In this document: positions 28,218 through 37,765 of the stretch, in pieces
How the letters are laid out: each line of letters opens with the position of its first letter
How positions within the stretch are numbered: position 1 is the first letter of the stretch
From: Chloroflexota bacterium
GTDB lineage: Bacteria > Chloroflexota > Limnocylindria > Limnocylindrales > CSP1-4
Assembly (NCBI GenBank): GCA_003169735.1
Contig: PNAP01000047.1
Span: 9,223-73,222, forward strand
Length of the DNA stretch: 64,000 nucleotides
Direction of reading: 5' to 3'
The notes under the pieces: model-generated
The model's database searches: none
Told to the model about the DNA's origin: nothing
The model's input: only the letters and a program-made list of their open reading frames with translations
Made by a program: the position numbers and the translations under genes

Positions 28218-28706
28218 ACCGGAACCTTGGTACTACCTTAGGGCCTACAACGGCCGGATCGCTGCTGCTCCACCAAAGATGATGGCGGCCAAGGAGGCCG
28301 TCAGCAAGAGAAAGCTCCGAAGGTGTGCCCTCATCATGCTTACCAGGGCTTCTGGCTCATGTTTGGCTCCATGCCAACCTCCCGTGCCGACCGCTGCTTC
28401 TTAGCGGCGGTTGGCCTACGATCTGACTCGTCGGTCGGTTGCACTAGCCACTCTGCTCTACCCTAAGTGCCCATTTCAGGTAGAACGTCGCCGCGACCCG
28501 AACTCTTCACATGCCCTACCAGTACGTTGGTACCAGCGGATGTGAGGACTGTAGGGTCGGCCTAGCCTCGACCATATAGGTCGAACGGCGTACTCCCACC
28601 CGCCGCCCCGAGGGTGACCGGCCAGACTCGATGACCTCAGCGGGTTCCAAGTCTGGCCGGAGTGCGGCCCCGCGCATTGTCCCGGAGGGTCCCAAAGCCA
28701 TGATAG

Positions 28707-31700
28707 CTATCCGCCCAGTAGCCTCTCCAAGGACGGCGCGTCTTCACCGAACTCGGTCGCGTACGACTCGGCGTAGTGCCGGTATTGCCGCATCGCGGCG
28801 GTGTCAGCACCGGAGAGTCCGTATGCTCTGACGAGGTCGGCCTCAAGATCAAGGGCGACCGGATCGATCGTGAGCGCTCCTTGGAGGATTGGAATTGCTT
28901 CTATCGACCGACCGTCGCCCAACAGACTCTTGGCCGTAATCGAAGCCAGGCTCAAGTACTGCGCGTGCAACCCATCACGCCAAGCCGTTGACCAGTCCTC
29001 GTACTCGAACTCGGGCGCAAACCTCCCTCGATACGTCTGCAGTGTTGCGGGACCAAGGTCGAGGAGTGAACCTCCGGCAAGACACGATGCCGCTGCACCA
29101 TGGAAAAGCCAACTCGCCGAATGAACCAACTCCACGTCGAGCCACACGAGTTCGTTCTCGAACACGACGTACTCAGGTGACTCGCCATCGACGAAGAACG
29201 GGTCGATATCGCGCCGCACGAAATAGAGTGTTTGGTTCAGACTATTTGCTGCTGCCGCCGGTCCTAGGTCAGGCCACATCGCGTCGAGCACCTGCTCCTT
29301 AGCAGCTGCGCCTCTAGCTCTGGTGATCAAGAATACAAGCAGGGCAGCCGCTTTGCGTCGCATGTCACTCAACGCAATTACACGTCTGTCGACAGCGAGT
29401 TCGACGGGACCAAGGTCTCGCACCACGAGCGTAGGGCCGGTTCTCTTTGCCATGGCTCGCCCCAATGACTGCGACTTGCCCTTGAAATAGGTCTTCTCAA
29501 ATGCCCTCACCATTGGCACGTCGAAACGCGTGCCTCCTTCTGCGAGGTTTCTGTAGGCGGCCACACTGCGGGCCTTGTTTGCGGATGAGAGCTGCGCCCG
29601 AATCAGCGGCAACCATCTAGCTGGGTACCGGGAAATGGAAGCTCGAACCACCTCAGGAATGGGATTGAGTAGATGAAGGCTACGACAAATCACGTCGGCA
29701 ACCTGCAACAGTCCGAGGCTGCCTGAAGTTGCCGTTCTCGCGATGGCCGCCCGAAGCTTCTCCTCATCCTCGAGAAGTGCACTACGTACCACTTCGAGCC
29801 GGACCTCGTGACGCCAAGATCCCTGTGACCGTGCCGACGAGAGGGCTGCGTCAACATGCCCGAGGCCTCTCTCGGGGTCACCGTCGAGATTAGCGCTCCC
29901 AATCAGGATTGCTGCAACGGTCGGCACCGTGAGGTCGTGCCAATCTCCGCGCCTTCTCTCGAGTAGATCTCGACCCTGGAGAAGATCGCCTTTAGCGGCC
30001 AGCAAAGCCGCGGTCGCGACGACATGGGTGTCTGATGCACCTGTGTCGCCGTGGCCAGCCGCTAGGCGAGAGGCCGATTCGGCGACGAGTTCCGTTGCCT
30101 CGGCCAGTCGTCCCTGATACACGGCAACTAATGCACCGTCCGCGAATGCATCCGCATCAGCCATGGGACTGGTTCGCGCCATTCTCTCACGGTCAGCTGC
30201 CTCAACGTCGAGACCGCGCTCCCACAAGCATGTTGCCAGGGTCGCGTGGATTGAGCTAGAAACAGCATACGATGCGTGACTTGAGCCGAGATTCTTTAGA
30301 GCTGCCTCGCCGAGGACGATTGCCGGCTGATATGCACCACGTGCTAGTTCGCACAGCATGGCGTTGTAGAGACTCACTGCAGCAAAGTAGGGCTGCTCTG
30401 CTTCAAGTTGATCCGAAGCCAGATGCTGCAGAAGCGCAGATGCGTTGTCGAGTCGTCCTCCGTCCACTGCGGCAATCAGCACGGCGTACCCGTGCGCGAT
30501 TGACGTGGTCGCGCTCGGCGCCGACTTGTCATTCATTATCTGATCTAGCATCACGCGCAGACCCTTGCCGTCACCGGCACGCCACAGTGCCGTCAGCCGC
30601 ACTTGTTTCACGAGCGCACGTACTCTGATGGCTGTGCCGGCCGTGTCGATCGCGTCTAGCAGCCCCAATGCCTCCAAGGGTCTGCCGTGTTCGATCAGGT
30701 CGCGGGCTTGGAGGACGCGGACGGCGGGCGGGGTGGCGATGCCTTTGATGCGCGGCAGCATCGCGGAGGCCGGGCCCCACGAACCTGTGCCGAGGGCGTC
30801 CGCAGCGGATTCGCTGAGGACGCGCATGGCACTGCCGGGTTCGTCGGCTTCGATGTAGTGGTGGCAGGCGGTCAGCCAATCGGCTGGTTCGGCTGCGGTG
30901 GCGACGAGGCGGTGCATCGCGCGGCGTTGGTCGGGCGTCGTGCGATCCGAGAGGCGCCGCACCAGGAACTCGTGGAGGAGCGGGTGGAATCGACGGCTCA
31001 CGCTCGTCGTCGAGCTTCGGCCGAGGAGACCGAGGCCCTCGGCCTCGTCGAGCAGTGACAGGACGTCGCTCAAGGTCGACGGCTCGGCATCGTTCGCGAA
31101 CAGCGCGGCCGCATGGATCGGCACGATGCGCCGGAGCAGCGCGATGTCGGTCACGAACCGTTGCAATGCCGGCCTCAGATGCCCGAGGACCTCCTCGGCC
31201 AGAAAGTCGTAGAGCGACCCTTGCGCCCCCGACATCTCCCGAATGAATGCCCGCGCCTCGCTCGGGCGGCGTTCTCGGATCGACGAGTGGAGGAGCTGAA
31301 GGCTGGCGCCCCATCCCTCCGTCCGAGCGTCGACCTCGGCGAGCAGATCCGGGTCAAGCGGTTGTCCATACGTCGAGCGGAATAGTTCCTCCGTCTCTTC
31401 GGCCGAGAAGCGCAGGTCATCCGTGCTCAGTTCGGCGACCTGGCCCTGCGCCGCGGACCGGCCGAGGCGAAACGTAGGTCGGCGACGACTCGCGATGAGG
31501 ATCGTGAAGCCCTCCGGGGCACGCTCGATGAGCTGTTCCACGATTGCCCGCGCGTCATCGCTCTCGTCGACCAGGTGGAAGTCGTCGAGGATGAGCAGCG
31601 TCGGCTCGTCGGTGAGCGCGCTCAGTTCAGCCATCAACGACCCCATCACGATCTCGCGGGTCGGGTCGATGGCCGCCAGCTGACGCAGCAGGTTCGCCGT

Positions 31701-32150
31701 GGCGGGCGCGAACCTGGGCTCTACCTCGCGCACCGCGGCGATCAGATAGTTGATGAAAGTCACCCAGTCCCCGTCGCTTGGATCGAGCTTGAACCAGAGA
31801 CACCGCACGATGGCGCGCCGCGAGAAGTCGGCCAACAGGGTGGTCTTGCCATAGCCTGCCTCGGCCATGACGAGCTTGAGACGATCGCCGCGGTGCCGGC
31901 TCATCCAGTCGAGAAGCCGCCCGCGCGTCAAGGTCTGGACCCTCACTGGGGGCGGCTGGACCTTGCTCCGCACGATCGAAGCCATGAGGTTGTCGTGCGG
32001 CAGCTCATGCATCGGAGCTTCGCCCTTGGCCAAAGGTGCGGTCGACGTGGCCGGTCGGCGCGCCGACGAGGCGGCCCGGCTCAGCCTCGACATCGAGTCG
32101 CTTTCGCGCGTCGGTGAATCGATGGCAGGCGCAGACGCTGGATTGGGCAT
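28707..32150 (-). CDS. STAND/MalT-like P-loop ATPase with helical repeats and a C-terminal SARP module (wHTH + BTAD)
   Basis: Walker A AEAGYGKTTLL and Walker B LLILDDFH near the N-terminus, then a long alpha-repeat region. The C-terminus has an OmpR/SARP-type wHTH (RRKAAALLVFLITRARGAAAKEQVLDAMWPDLGPAAAANSLNQTLYFVRRDI) plus BTAD (DLEADLVRAYGLSGADTAAMRQYRHYAESYATEFGEDAPS). Confidence 0.8.
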   Translation of the reverse strand: MPNPASAPAIDSPTRESDSMSRLSRAASSARRPATSTAPLAKGEAPMHELPHDNLMASIVRSKVQPPPVRVQTLTRGRLLDWMSRHRGDRLKLVMAEAGYGKTTLLADFSRRAIVRCLWFKLDPSDGDWVTFINYLIAAVREVEPRFAPATANLLRQLAAIDPTREIVMGSLMAELSALTDEPTLLILDDFHLVDESDDARAIVEQLIERAPEGFTILIASRRRPTFRLGRSAAQGQVAELSTDDLRFSAEETEELFRSTYGQPLDPDLLAEVDARTEGWGASLQLLHSSIRERRPSEARAFIREMSGAQGSLYDFLAEEVLGHLRPALQRFVTDIALLRRIVPIHAAALFANDAEPSTLSDVLSLLDEAEGLGLLGRSSTTSVSRRFHPLLHEFLVRRLSDRTTPDQRRAMHRLVATAAEPADWLTACHHYIEADEPGSAMRVLSESAADALGTGSWGPASAMLPRIKGIATPPAVRVLQARDLIEHGRPLEALGLLDAIDTAGTAIRVRALVKQVRLTALWRAGDGKGLRVMLDQIMNDKSAPSATTSIAHGYAVLIAAVDGGRLDNASALLQHLASDQLEAEQPYFAAVSLYNAMLCELARGAYQPAIVLGEAALKNLGSSHASYAVSSSIHATLATCLWERGLDVEAADRERMARTSPMADADAFADGALVAVYQGRLAEATELVAESASRLAAGHGDTGASDTHVVATAALLAAKGDLLQGRDLLERRRGDWHDLTVPTVAAILIGSANLDGDPERGLGHVDAALSSARSQGSWRHEVRLEVVRSALLEDEEKLRAAIARTATSGSLGLLQVADVICRSLHLLNPIPEVVRASISRYPARWLPLIRAQLSSANKARSVAAYRNLAEGGTRFDVPMVRAFEKTYFKGKSQSLGRAMAKRTGPTLVVRDLGPVELAVDRRVIALSDMRRKAAALLVFLITRARGAAAKEQVLDAMWPDLGPAAAANSLNQTLYFVRRDIDPFFVDGESPEYVVFENELVWLDVELVHSASWLFHGAAASCLAGGSLLDLGPATLQTYRGRFAPEFEYEDWSTAWRDGLHAQYLSLASITAKSLLGDGRSIEAIPILQGALTIDPVALDLEADLVRAYGLSGADTAAMRQYRHYAESYATEFGEDAPSLERLLGG

Positions 32151-32253
32151 GTCAGCATCTTCGGGTCCTCGGCTCCACGCCGGCTTATCTGGAGATGTGG
32201 ATAACCGGACGACCGGCGGACCTCCCGACTCACGCCGACCGAACGGTCTCGTG

Positions 32254-32469
32254 CTAGCTCGTGCTGTTTCCCTCGTACTCGAAATGGATCTTCAGTTCGA
32301 CACGATACTCTGAGATCTGCCCGTCGACGACCGTTGCGCTCGACTTGACGACCTCGATCTCGCGGATATTGCGCACGGTCCGCGAGGCAGTGGCAACGGC
32401 TTGGCGCGCGGCATCGCTCCACGAACGAGGACTCGTGCCGACCATCTCGCGGATGATGAAGACGCCCAT
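32254..32469 (-). CDS. dodecin family flavin-binding protein
   Basis: 71 aa: FIIREMVGTSPRSWSDAARQAVATASRTVRNIREIEVVKSSATVVDGQISEYRVELKIHF matches the dodecin (COG3360) pattern. Confidence 0.8.
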   Translation of the reverse strand: MGVFIIREMVGTSPRSWSDAARQAVATASRTVRNIREIEVVKSSATVVDGQISEYRVELKIHFEYEGNSTS

Positions 32470-32616
32470 CGGTTCACTCCTCGGGTGACTCGTCCGGCTC
32501 GGCGCCTGGCTCGGCGCCTAGACTGGCCGAATGAGTGTACGAGGCGAATCGCTCTGGTCGGCAACGCCGACGGCACAACGAGGAACTGGCGTCGCGGGTC
32601 GGACGTCCTGCGCGCC

Positions 32617-33648
32617 ATGATCGATAGCACGCTCGGTTCGCGCTTCCGCCGCGGTGCCCCTCTGGCGCTGGCGGCTCTGCTCTCGCTTGCCGCCTGCCAC
32701 GGCGCGCTTCCGGCTGGTAGCCCGCCCGCGAGCCCGACTGCCGAGGGCTCCAACGGACCTGTCCCATCGGCCACCGCTGGACTCTCGCCGTCACCAGGTG
32801 TCACGGAACCGGTCGCGCCCACCTCGACCGCCACGCTTGAACCCTCGTCGTCGCCCACCGTGACCGGTCGACTTGGCCAGATCGACCACCCGACCGAGCC
32901 CACCGATGTCGTTTTGCGCATGCTCGTGAATGGAGGCTTCACGGCTCCCGCGTTCCAGTTGACCGCGGCCTCGGTGTTCACGCTGTACGGCGACGATTCG
33001 GTTGTCTATCGCCCGAGTCAGGGTGCGTCATTCCTGACCGATGCCGGCTTCGGGCTCGCGGCCTTCCAACGAGCCACGTTGACTCCGGACCAGGTCGACA
33101 CGCTGCTCGGGTTCGCGCTTGACCAAGGCGGGCTGCGAGATGCACGGGAGAGCTACACGGACATCCCCGTGGCCGACGCGATGAACACCACCTTCACGAT
33201 CGACGCGGGCGGCGTCGACAAGCAGGTCTTCGTCGTCGCCCTCGGGTTCCAGGCGACCGGCCCCGACGCTGCCGACCGCTCGAAGTTCTCGGCCTTGGGT
33301 GATCAGCTCGACAGCTTCGACCAACAGGTCAACGCCGGTGATGCCGAAGCCGCCGGGCCGTATCAACCGACCTGGTATCGAACCTTCCTCACCGACGCCA
33401 GCGGTCAGACCGGCCAGGCCATCGACTGGCCGTGGACGGATGTCGCCGTGTCCGACTTCACGGCGCCGGCGGACGGGGCCGCGCGGGTCGCCCATCTGAC
33501 GCCTGAGCAGGTGTCGCTGGTGGCCGTCGTGCCAAGCGGCGGAATCGATGATCTCTTGATACGTGCCCCGGATCGGACGGTCTACGCCCTCTCCCTCCGG
33601 CCGCTCCTGCCTGACGAGCAACCCATCGTCCCGGTGCCGACCGACTGA
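32617..33648 (+). CDS. lipoprotein of unknown function
   Basis: ATG at 32617 gives a signal peptide with lipobox (APLALAALLSLAAC), then a Ser/Pro/Thr-rich linker. The track start at 32401 is an unlikely R-rich extension. Confidence 0.6.
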   Translation: MIDSTLGSRFRRGAPLALAALLSLAACHGALPAGSPPASPTAEGSNGPVPSATAGLSPSPGVTEPVAPTSTATLEPSSSPTVTGRLGQIDHPTEPTDVVLRMLVNGGFTAPAFQLTAASVFTLYGDDSVVYRPSQGASFLTDAGFGLAAFQRATLTPDQVDTLLGFALDQGGLRDARESYTDIPVADAMNTTFTIDAGGVDKQVFVVALGFQATGPDAADRSKFSALGDQLDSFDQQVNAGDAEAAGPYQPTWYRTFLTDASGQTGQAIDWPWTDVAVSDFTAPADGAARVAHLTPEQVSLVAVVPSGGIDDLLIRAPDRTVYALSLRPLLPDEQPIVPVPTD

Positions 33649-34487
33649 CGGACTCCCCGGTCGGACTCGCCTACCGTTCGCACCGGCCGAACGATGACGC
33701 GGTGCCGCCCGACGCCATCGCGGTTCGCTTCGGCGTAGAACTCCATGTCGAACTGGATGCCATCCATCCGCGGGACGCGCATCGAGGAGCGCACGCTGCC
33801 CTGCGCGCGCAGCGCGTCCCAGAACCGGCGAATGTCTTCCTGGGCTTCGCGCGACCGAGGCACGGCGGGTTCGAACAGCGAGCGGCCGATCTTCTCTTCC
33901 GAAGCCACGTGGAACAGCTCCTGGGCGTCGGGGCTGACGTCGACGAAGATGCCGGCATCATCGATGGTGAACCAAGCGCCACCCTCGGTGATCCACCAGG
34001 ACCCACCTTTCTGCTCGGCCAGCTGCGCGCCCCGAAACACCCAGTACTCCTCGTGTGATGCGCCACCTCGTTGCCGCCGGCGGACCGTGGCGGACGGGTA
34101 CACCTCGCGCAGACGATCCTGCAACTGTGTTCCGCTGATGTCGGGGTCGGCCTCGTGCGACGCGGTCCGGACGAAGGCCCGGAACTCATGGTCCTGGATC
34201 GGGAAGGTGCGAACGCGACGCCGACCGCCCGCAGCCGGGTGGGGGACGATGCGCGGTGGCACTGGCGGCCGCGTGGATCTGGAGGAGTGCTCGCCGTTGA
34301 CCCCGGCTCGGAAGCACGCTTCGGCGAGTCCCTGGGCACCAAGCTTCTGATAGATCCGCGACCGCCGGCTGCTCACGCCGCGCATCGATAGACCGAGTCG
34401 TTCGCCGACCTCCTGGGCCGTCAGCCCCGAGCAGAGGGCGTGAAGGATCTCGGTCTCGCGTGCGGTCAGCGGATGAGGGTCGCCCAT
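33582..34487 (-). CDS. LuxR-type HTH regulator with C-terminal PAS-like domain
   Basis: N-terminal LTARETEILHALCSGLTAQEVGERLGLSMRGVSSRRSRIYQKLG. The C-terminal ~110 aa are PAS-like (FTIDDAGIFVDVSPDAQELF...). Overlaps the lipoprotein gene convergently by 67 nt. Confidence 0.65.
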   Translation of the reverse strand: MGDPHPLTARETEILHALCSGLTAQEVGERLGLSMRGVSSRRSRIYQKLGAQGLAEACFRAGVNGEHSSRSTRPPVPPRIVPHPAAGGRRRVRTFPIQDHEFRAFVRTASHEADPDISGTQLQDRLREVYPSATVRRRQRGGASHEEYWVFRGAQLAEQKGGSWWITEGGAWFTIDDAGIFVDVSPDAQELFHVASEEKIGRSLFEPAVPRSREAQEDIRRFWDALRAQGSVRSSMRVPRMDGIQFDMEFYAEANRDGVGRHRVIVRPVRTVGESDRGVRQSVGTGTMGCSSGRSGRRERA

Positions 34488-34604
34488 GGTGCCGGCGTAT
34501 CAGCGCAATTTCGGGATGGCGGGTCAATACGCCGGTTTGCCCACCGAGAGGTCAATCGTCGCCTGGTGTTCATCGGTCGGGAGGCGCGTCGCCCGCGAAC
34601 GGGT

Positions 34605-35966
34605 CTACGCATAGGCGCCGGATGCGTAGCGTCCCTCCTCGGCATAGGAGACGAACCGAGTCTGAGCCTTCTTGAACCACAGCTTGGTCTCGCCGGTCGG
34701 ACCGTTGCGATGTTTGGCCAGCCGCAGGTTGATGACCTCGCCATCGGTGTCGCGGTCGTCGGCGCCGCGCTCCTTCTCGCGCCACAACATCATCACCAGG
34801 TCGCTGTCCTGCTCCAGCGTGCCGGACTCACGCAGGTCGGAGAGCCGCGGTTCCTTGGACTCGCGCATCTCCGTTTGACGGGAGAGCTGGGAAAGGGCGA
34901 CGACTGGGACCTCGAGCTCGCGGGCGAGCGATTTCAGCCCACGGCTGATCTCGCTGACCTCCTGCACGCGGTTGGCGTCGCGCGAGACGACCGACGACTG
35001 CATCAGCTGGAGATAGTCGACGATGAGCAGGTCCAGCCCCGATTCGGCCTGCAGGCGGCGCGCCTTGGTGCGCAACTCCATGGTGCTGATGTTGGGCGTG
35101 TCATCGATGTAGACGGGTGCCTCCGACAGCGCGTTCATGGCCGGCGCGAGGCGCGTGAAGTCCATCTCCTCCAGGAAGCCGGTCCGCAGCCGCTGCGAAT
35201 CGATGTTGGCGACGGAACTCAGCAGGCGGAGCACGAGTTGCTCTTTGCTCATCTCCAGGCTGAAGATGCCGACCGTCTTGCCCTCGCGGACCGCGGCGTG
35301 CTCCGCGAAGTTGAGCGCCAGGCTCGTTTTGCCGATGCTTGGCCGGGCGGCGACGAGGATGAGGTCCGACTTCTGGAGCCCGGTGGTCATAGCGTCGATG
35401 TCGGCGAAGCCCGTCCGGATGCCGCTGATCTCGCCCTTGTGCTCATGCAGGAAGTCGAGCCGGTCGTAGGCGGCGTGGAGCAGGGCACGGAGCGGCGAGA
35501 AGCCGGACGAGACGCGCTTCTGGCTGACCGAGAAGAGTTCCTGTTCCGCACGGTCGATCGACTCGTCGACGTCGGCGCTCTCCTCGTAGCCGATGCCGGC
35601 GATCTTGCCCGCCGCGGCGATGAGGTTGCGCAGCACCGCCTTGCGCTCGACGATTCGCGCGTAGTGGGTCGCGTTGACCGCCGTCGGGGTCATGTTGATG
35701 AGGCTCGTCAGGTAGGCCGAGCCGCCGATCTGTTCGAGTTGGTCGGCACGCTCCAGCGCTTCGGCGACGGTGACGATGTCGACCGGTTCACGCCGCTCGA
35801 AGAGCTCGAGGATGGCGCCGAAGATCGTGCCGTGATGGTTTCGGTAGAAGTCGGCGGGGTGAAGGAACTCGGCCACTTCGACGACGGCATCGCGGTCGAT
35901 GAGCAGCGCCCCGAGGACCGACTGCTCGGCCTCGATGGACTGTGGCGGGAGGCGGTCGATGGACAT
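34605..35966 (-). CDS. dnaB: replicative DNA helicase DnaB
   Basis: PPQSIEAEQSVLGALL at the N-terminus, Walker A ARPSIGKTSLALN and LIVDYLQLM. ATG at 35966 is preferred. At 453 aa there is no room for an intein. Confidence 0.95.
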   Translation of the reverse strand: MSIDRLPPQSIEAEQSVLGALLIDRDAVVEVAEFLHPADFYRNHHGTIFGAILELFERREPVDIVTVAEALERADQLEQIGGSAYLTSLINMTPTAVNATHYARIVERKAVLRNLIAAAGKIAGIGYEESADVDESIDRAEQELFSVSQKRVSSGFSPLRALLHAAYDRLDFLHEHKGEISGIRTGFADIDAMTTGLQKSDLILVAARPSIGKTSLALNFAEHAAVREGKTVGIFSLEMSKEQLVLRLLSSVANIDSQRLRTGFLEEMDFTRLAPAMNALSEAPVYIDDTPNISTMELRTKARRLQAESGLDLLIVDYLQLMQSSVVSRDANRVQEVSEISRGLKSLARELEVPVVALSQLSRQTEMRESKEPRLSDLRESGTLEQDSDLVMMLWREKERGADDRDTDGEVINLRLAKHRNGPTGETKLWFKKAQTRFVSYAEEGRYASGAYA

Positions 35967-36137
35967 GGCGGACCTCTGCGGGACCTGGCGACTCGACGGG
36001 CGGATGCCGAGCCACGTTCGGGAAGGGCAATGCTGCCCTGCCACGCGGGCTCGGCGCTAGCGGCTCATCCCCAACTTCGTTCCACATTCCCCGCTCCGCT
36101 CGTGCAGCGACTGTGGAGAACGCGGCTCGACATGGCG

Positions 36138-36788
36138 TCAGTCGACGCGGCGGATGACCCCGATCAGCTTGCCCTGGATGCGGACGTCGTCATAGAACTG
36201 GGGCGGATAGGACTCGTTGGCGGGCTGGAGCCGGACGCGGCCCTTCTCCTTGAAGAACCGCTTGAGCGTGACGGCGTTCTCTTCGACCTGGGCCACGACG
36301 ATGTCGCCGTTACGCGCCGTCTCCTGGGGACGGATGACCACGAAGTCGCCATCGGTGATGTGAGCATCGACCATGGAGTCGCCGCGGACCCTGAGCACAT
36401 AGGCGTCGCCGCTGGGAGCCAGGAACTCCGGCACGTGCATCGTCTCGCTGGCATCCCGATACGCCTCGATCGGCCCGCCCGCCGCGATCTCGCCGATGAT
36501 CGCCAGGACGTGGTCGTCAAGGGTCGCCGCACCGGGCACGAGCTCCGAGGAGAGACCTCCGTGAAGGGCGGCCGTCGGGGTGAGGCGAAGTGCGCGCGAG
36601 CGCGTGGCACGTCGCTCCAGATAGCCCCCGGCCTCAAGGCTCGACAGGTGATGGTGAACCGCCGACGTGGAGGCGAGGCCGACAGCGGCCGCGATCTCCC
36701 GCACGGAGGGCGGGTATCCGCGCGCGCGCAACGTGGCGCCGATGAAATCGATGATCTTTTGTTTCCGAGCGGCGTCGTGCTTGGTCAC
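36138..36788 (-). CDS. lexA: LexA repressor
   Basis: wHTH GYPPSVREIAAAVGLASTSAVHHHLSSLE, cleavage region IAAGGPIEA and S24 peptidase motifs VRGDSM...NGDIVVA...TLKRF. GTG at 36788 with GGAGG 6 nt upstream. The longer track ORF reads into a repeat element. Confidence 0.9.
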   Translation of the reverse strand: MTKHDAARKQKIIDFIGATLRARGYPPSVREIAAAVGLASTSAVHHHLSSLEAGGYLERRATRSRALRLTPTAALHGGLSSELVPGAATLDDHVLAIIGEIAAGGPIEAYRDASETMHVPEFLAPSGDAYVLRVRGDSMVDAHITDGDFVVIRPQETARNGDIVVAQVEENAVTLKRFFKEKGRVRLQPANESYPPQFYDDVRIQGKLIGVIRRVD

Positions 36789-36810
36789 GCGGCGCCTCCT
36801 TCCGCGCCAC

Positions 36811-36839
36811 ACGATACCGAACGTCTGTTCGACTGTCAA
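36811..36839 (-). promoter_or_regulatory. lexA promoter with embedded LexA (SOS) box
   Basis: Minus strand reads TTGACA (36839-36834), a 17-nt spacer and TATCGT (36816-36811). The spacer contains the palindrome CGAACAGACGTTCG (36831-36818). Confidence 0.75.
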
Positions 36840-36847
36840 GCCGAGGC

Positions 36848-36934
36848 GCCGTTGGGTGACCGCGGCTAGGGAGCCCAAGCGCCCCGCGCTCATCCGCGCG
36901 GCTAGCGGTGAGCGCCCCACGCCCCCGTTGGGCG
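36848..36934. repeat. REP-like 78-bp element, one copy, inverted relative to the 37766-37933 copies
   Basis: The reverse complement CGCCCAACGGGGGCGTGGGGCGCTCACCGCTAGCCGCGCGGATGAGCGCGGGGCGCTTGGGCTCCCTAGCCGCGGTCACCCAACGGC aligns along its length with the tandem units. Confidence 0.8.
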
Positions 36935-37004
36935 CGCGCGGCCCGAGCACTACGCCGATGCAGACGCAGAGATGGTGAGGATTGCCAGCGTCGAACGCTT
37001 CCCG

Positions 37005-37220
37005 TTAGGCGGGTGGATCGGCGGTCCACCGGAGGATGTCACCCGGCTGGCAGTCGAGCACTCGGCAGATCGAGTCCAGGGTGGTGAACCGGATGGCTCG
37101 GGCGCGCCCGTTCTTCAACACGGCGACGTTCGCCGGGGTGATGCCGACGGCGTTGGCGAAGTCGCCCACGGACATCTTGCGTCGGGCGAGCATGACGTCG
37201 AGCTCGACGATCACGGCCAT
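37005..37220 (-). CDS. small XRE/YozG-type HTH transcriptional regulator
   Basis: 71 aa: MAVIVELDVMLARRKMSVGDFANAVGITPANVAVLKNGRARAIRFTTLDSICRVLDCQPGDIL. Forms the conserved pairing with an upstream DUF2975 gene. Confidence 0.8.
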   Translation of the reverse strand: MAVIVELDVMLARRKMSVGDFANAVGITPANVAVLKNGRARAIRFTTLDSICRVLDCQPGDILRWTADPPA

Positions 37221-37696
37221 CAGATCACCTCGTCGAGTTCGGTGCGGTCGGCGATCGCCGACTCGAGCAGGCCTCGCATGACGACCATGAGGAGCACGAA
37301 CGCCAGCCCGCCGGCGAGGGAGGCGGGCAGCCCGAGGACGACGCTTGGTCCGCCGATGCCGACGAAGAAGAGCAGGTGGATCAAGACGCCTGCGCTCAGA
37401 ACCGTGGCGACCGCCGCGCAGGCCGTGATGACGTCGACCCAGCGCAGGGCGCGGCGGGTGAAGATGACCCCGTCGTCGACGAGGGACAGCAGCCGCCAGA
37501 CGACGAGCAGCGCCACCTGGACGCATGCGATGAAGAGGATGCCGGCCACCGAGTACGGAACGACGAGGTACGCGACTTCGGGGAAGATCGTCCCTTCCTC
37601 GGACGCGAACACGGGCAGGAGTACCTGTGCGAGCACGGTTCCGAGCAGGAGGATGACGAGAGCTACGCGGAGAAGCCGTATGGCGAGCGTGTGCAT
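37220..37696 (-). CDS. DUF2975 family membrane protein
   Basis: 158 aa with 4 TM segments. The stop overlaps the HTH gene start (TGATG). Family call is based on the architecture and pairing remembered for DUF2975/YozG pairs. Confidence 0.65.
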   Translation of the reverse strand: MHTLAIRLLRVALVILLLGTVLAQVLLPVFASEEGTIFPEVAYLVVPYSVAGILFIACVQVALLVVWRLLSLVDDGVIFTRRALRWVDVITACAAVATVLSAGVLIHLLFFVGIGGPSVVLGLPASLAGGLAFVLLMVVMRGLLESAIADRTELDEVI

Positions 37697-37702
37697 CTAT
37701 CG

Positions 37703-37731
37703 AGTATCGATGGCTTTCGCTCGAGTGTCAA
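37703..37731 (-). promoter_or_regulatory. putative promoter of the DUF2975-HTH pair (near-leaderless)
   Basis: Minus strand reads TTGACA (37731-37726), a 17-nt spacer and GATACT (37708-37703). The ATG at 37696 lies only 6 nt downstream. Confidence 0.35.
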
Positions 37732-37765
37732 TAGGTCATGTGGCATCCGGCGTCTTCGGTGCGCT

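Noticed and set aside
28400-28560. tRNA-like fragment (minus strand ...GGGTAGAGCAGAGTGGCTAG...) in the low-GC intergenic region, considered as a possible integration-site remnant.
   Set aside because: I could not fold a cloverleaf. There is no T-loop GTTCRANYC, no matching acceptor stem, and no flanking integrase. tRNAscan-SE or ARAGORN would be the decisive check.
34440-36869. 809-aa plus-strand ORF.
   Set aside because: It is antisense to dnaB and lexA, both identified by strong motifs. It is a low-complexity R/G/D/L-rich translation.
36789-36950. 54-codon N-terminal extension of lexA in the track ORF.
   Set aside because: The extension reads straight through the SOS box, the promoter and the REP-like repeat. 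A GTG at 36788 with a GGAGG site gives a normal-length LexA.
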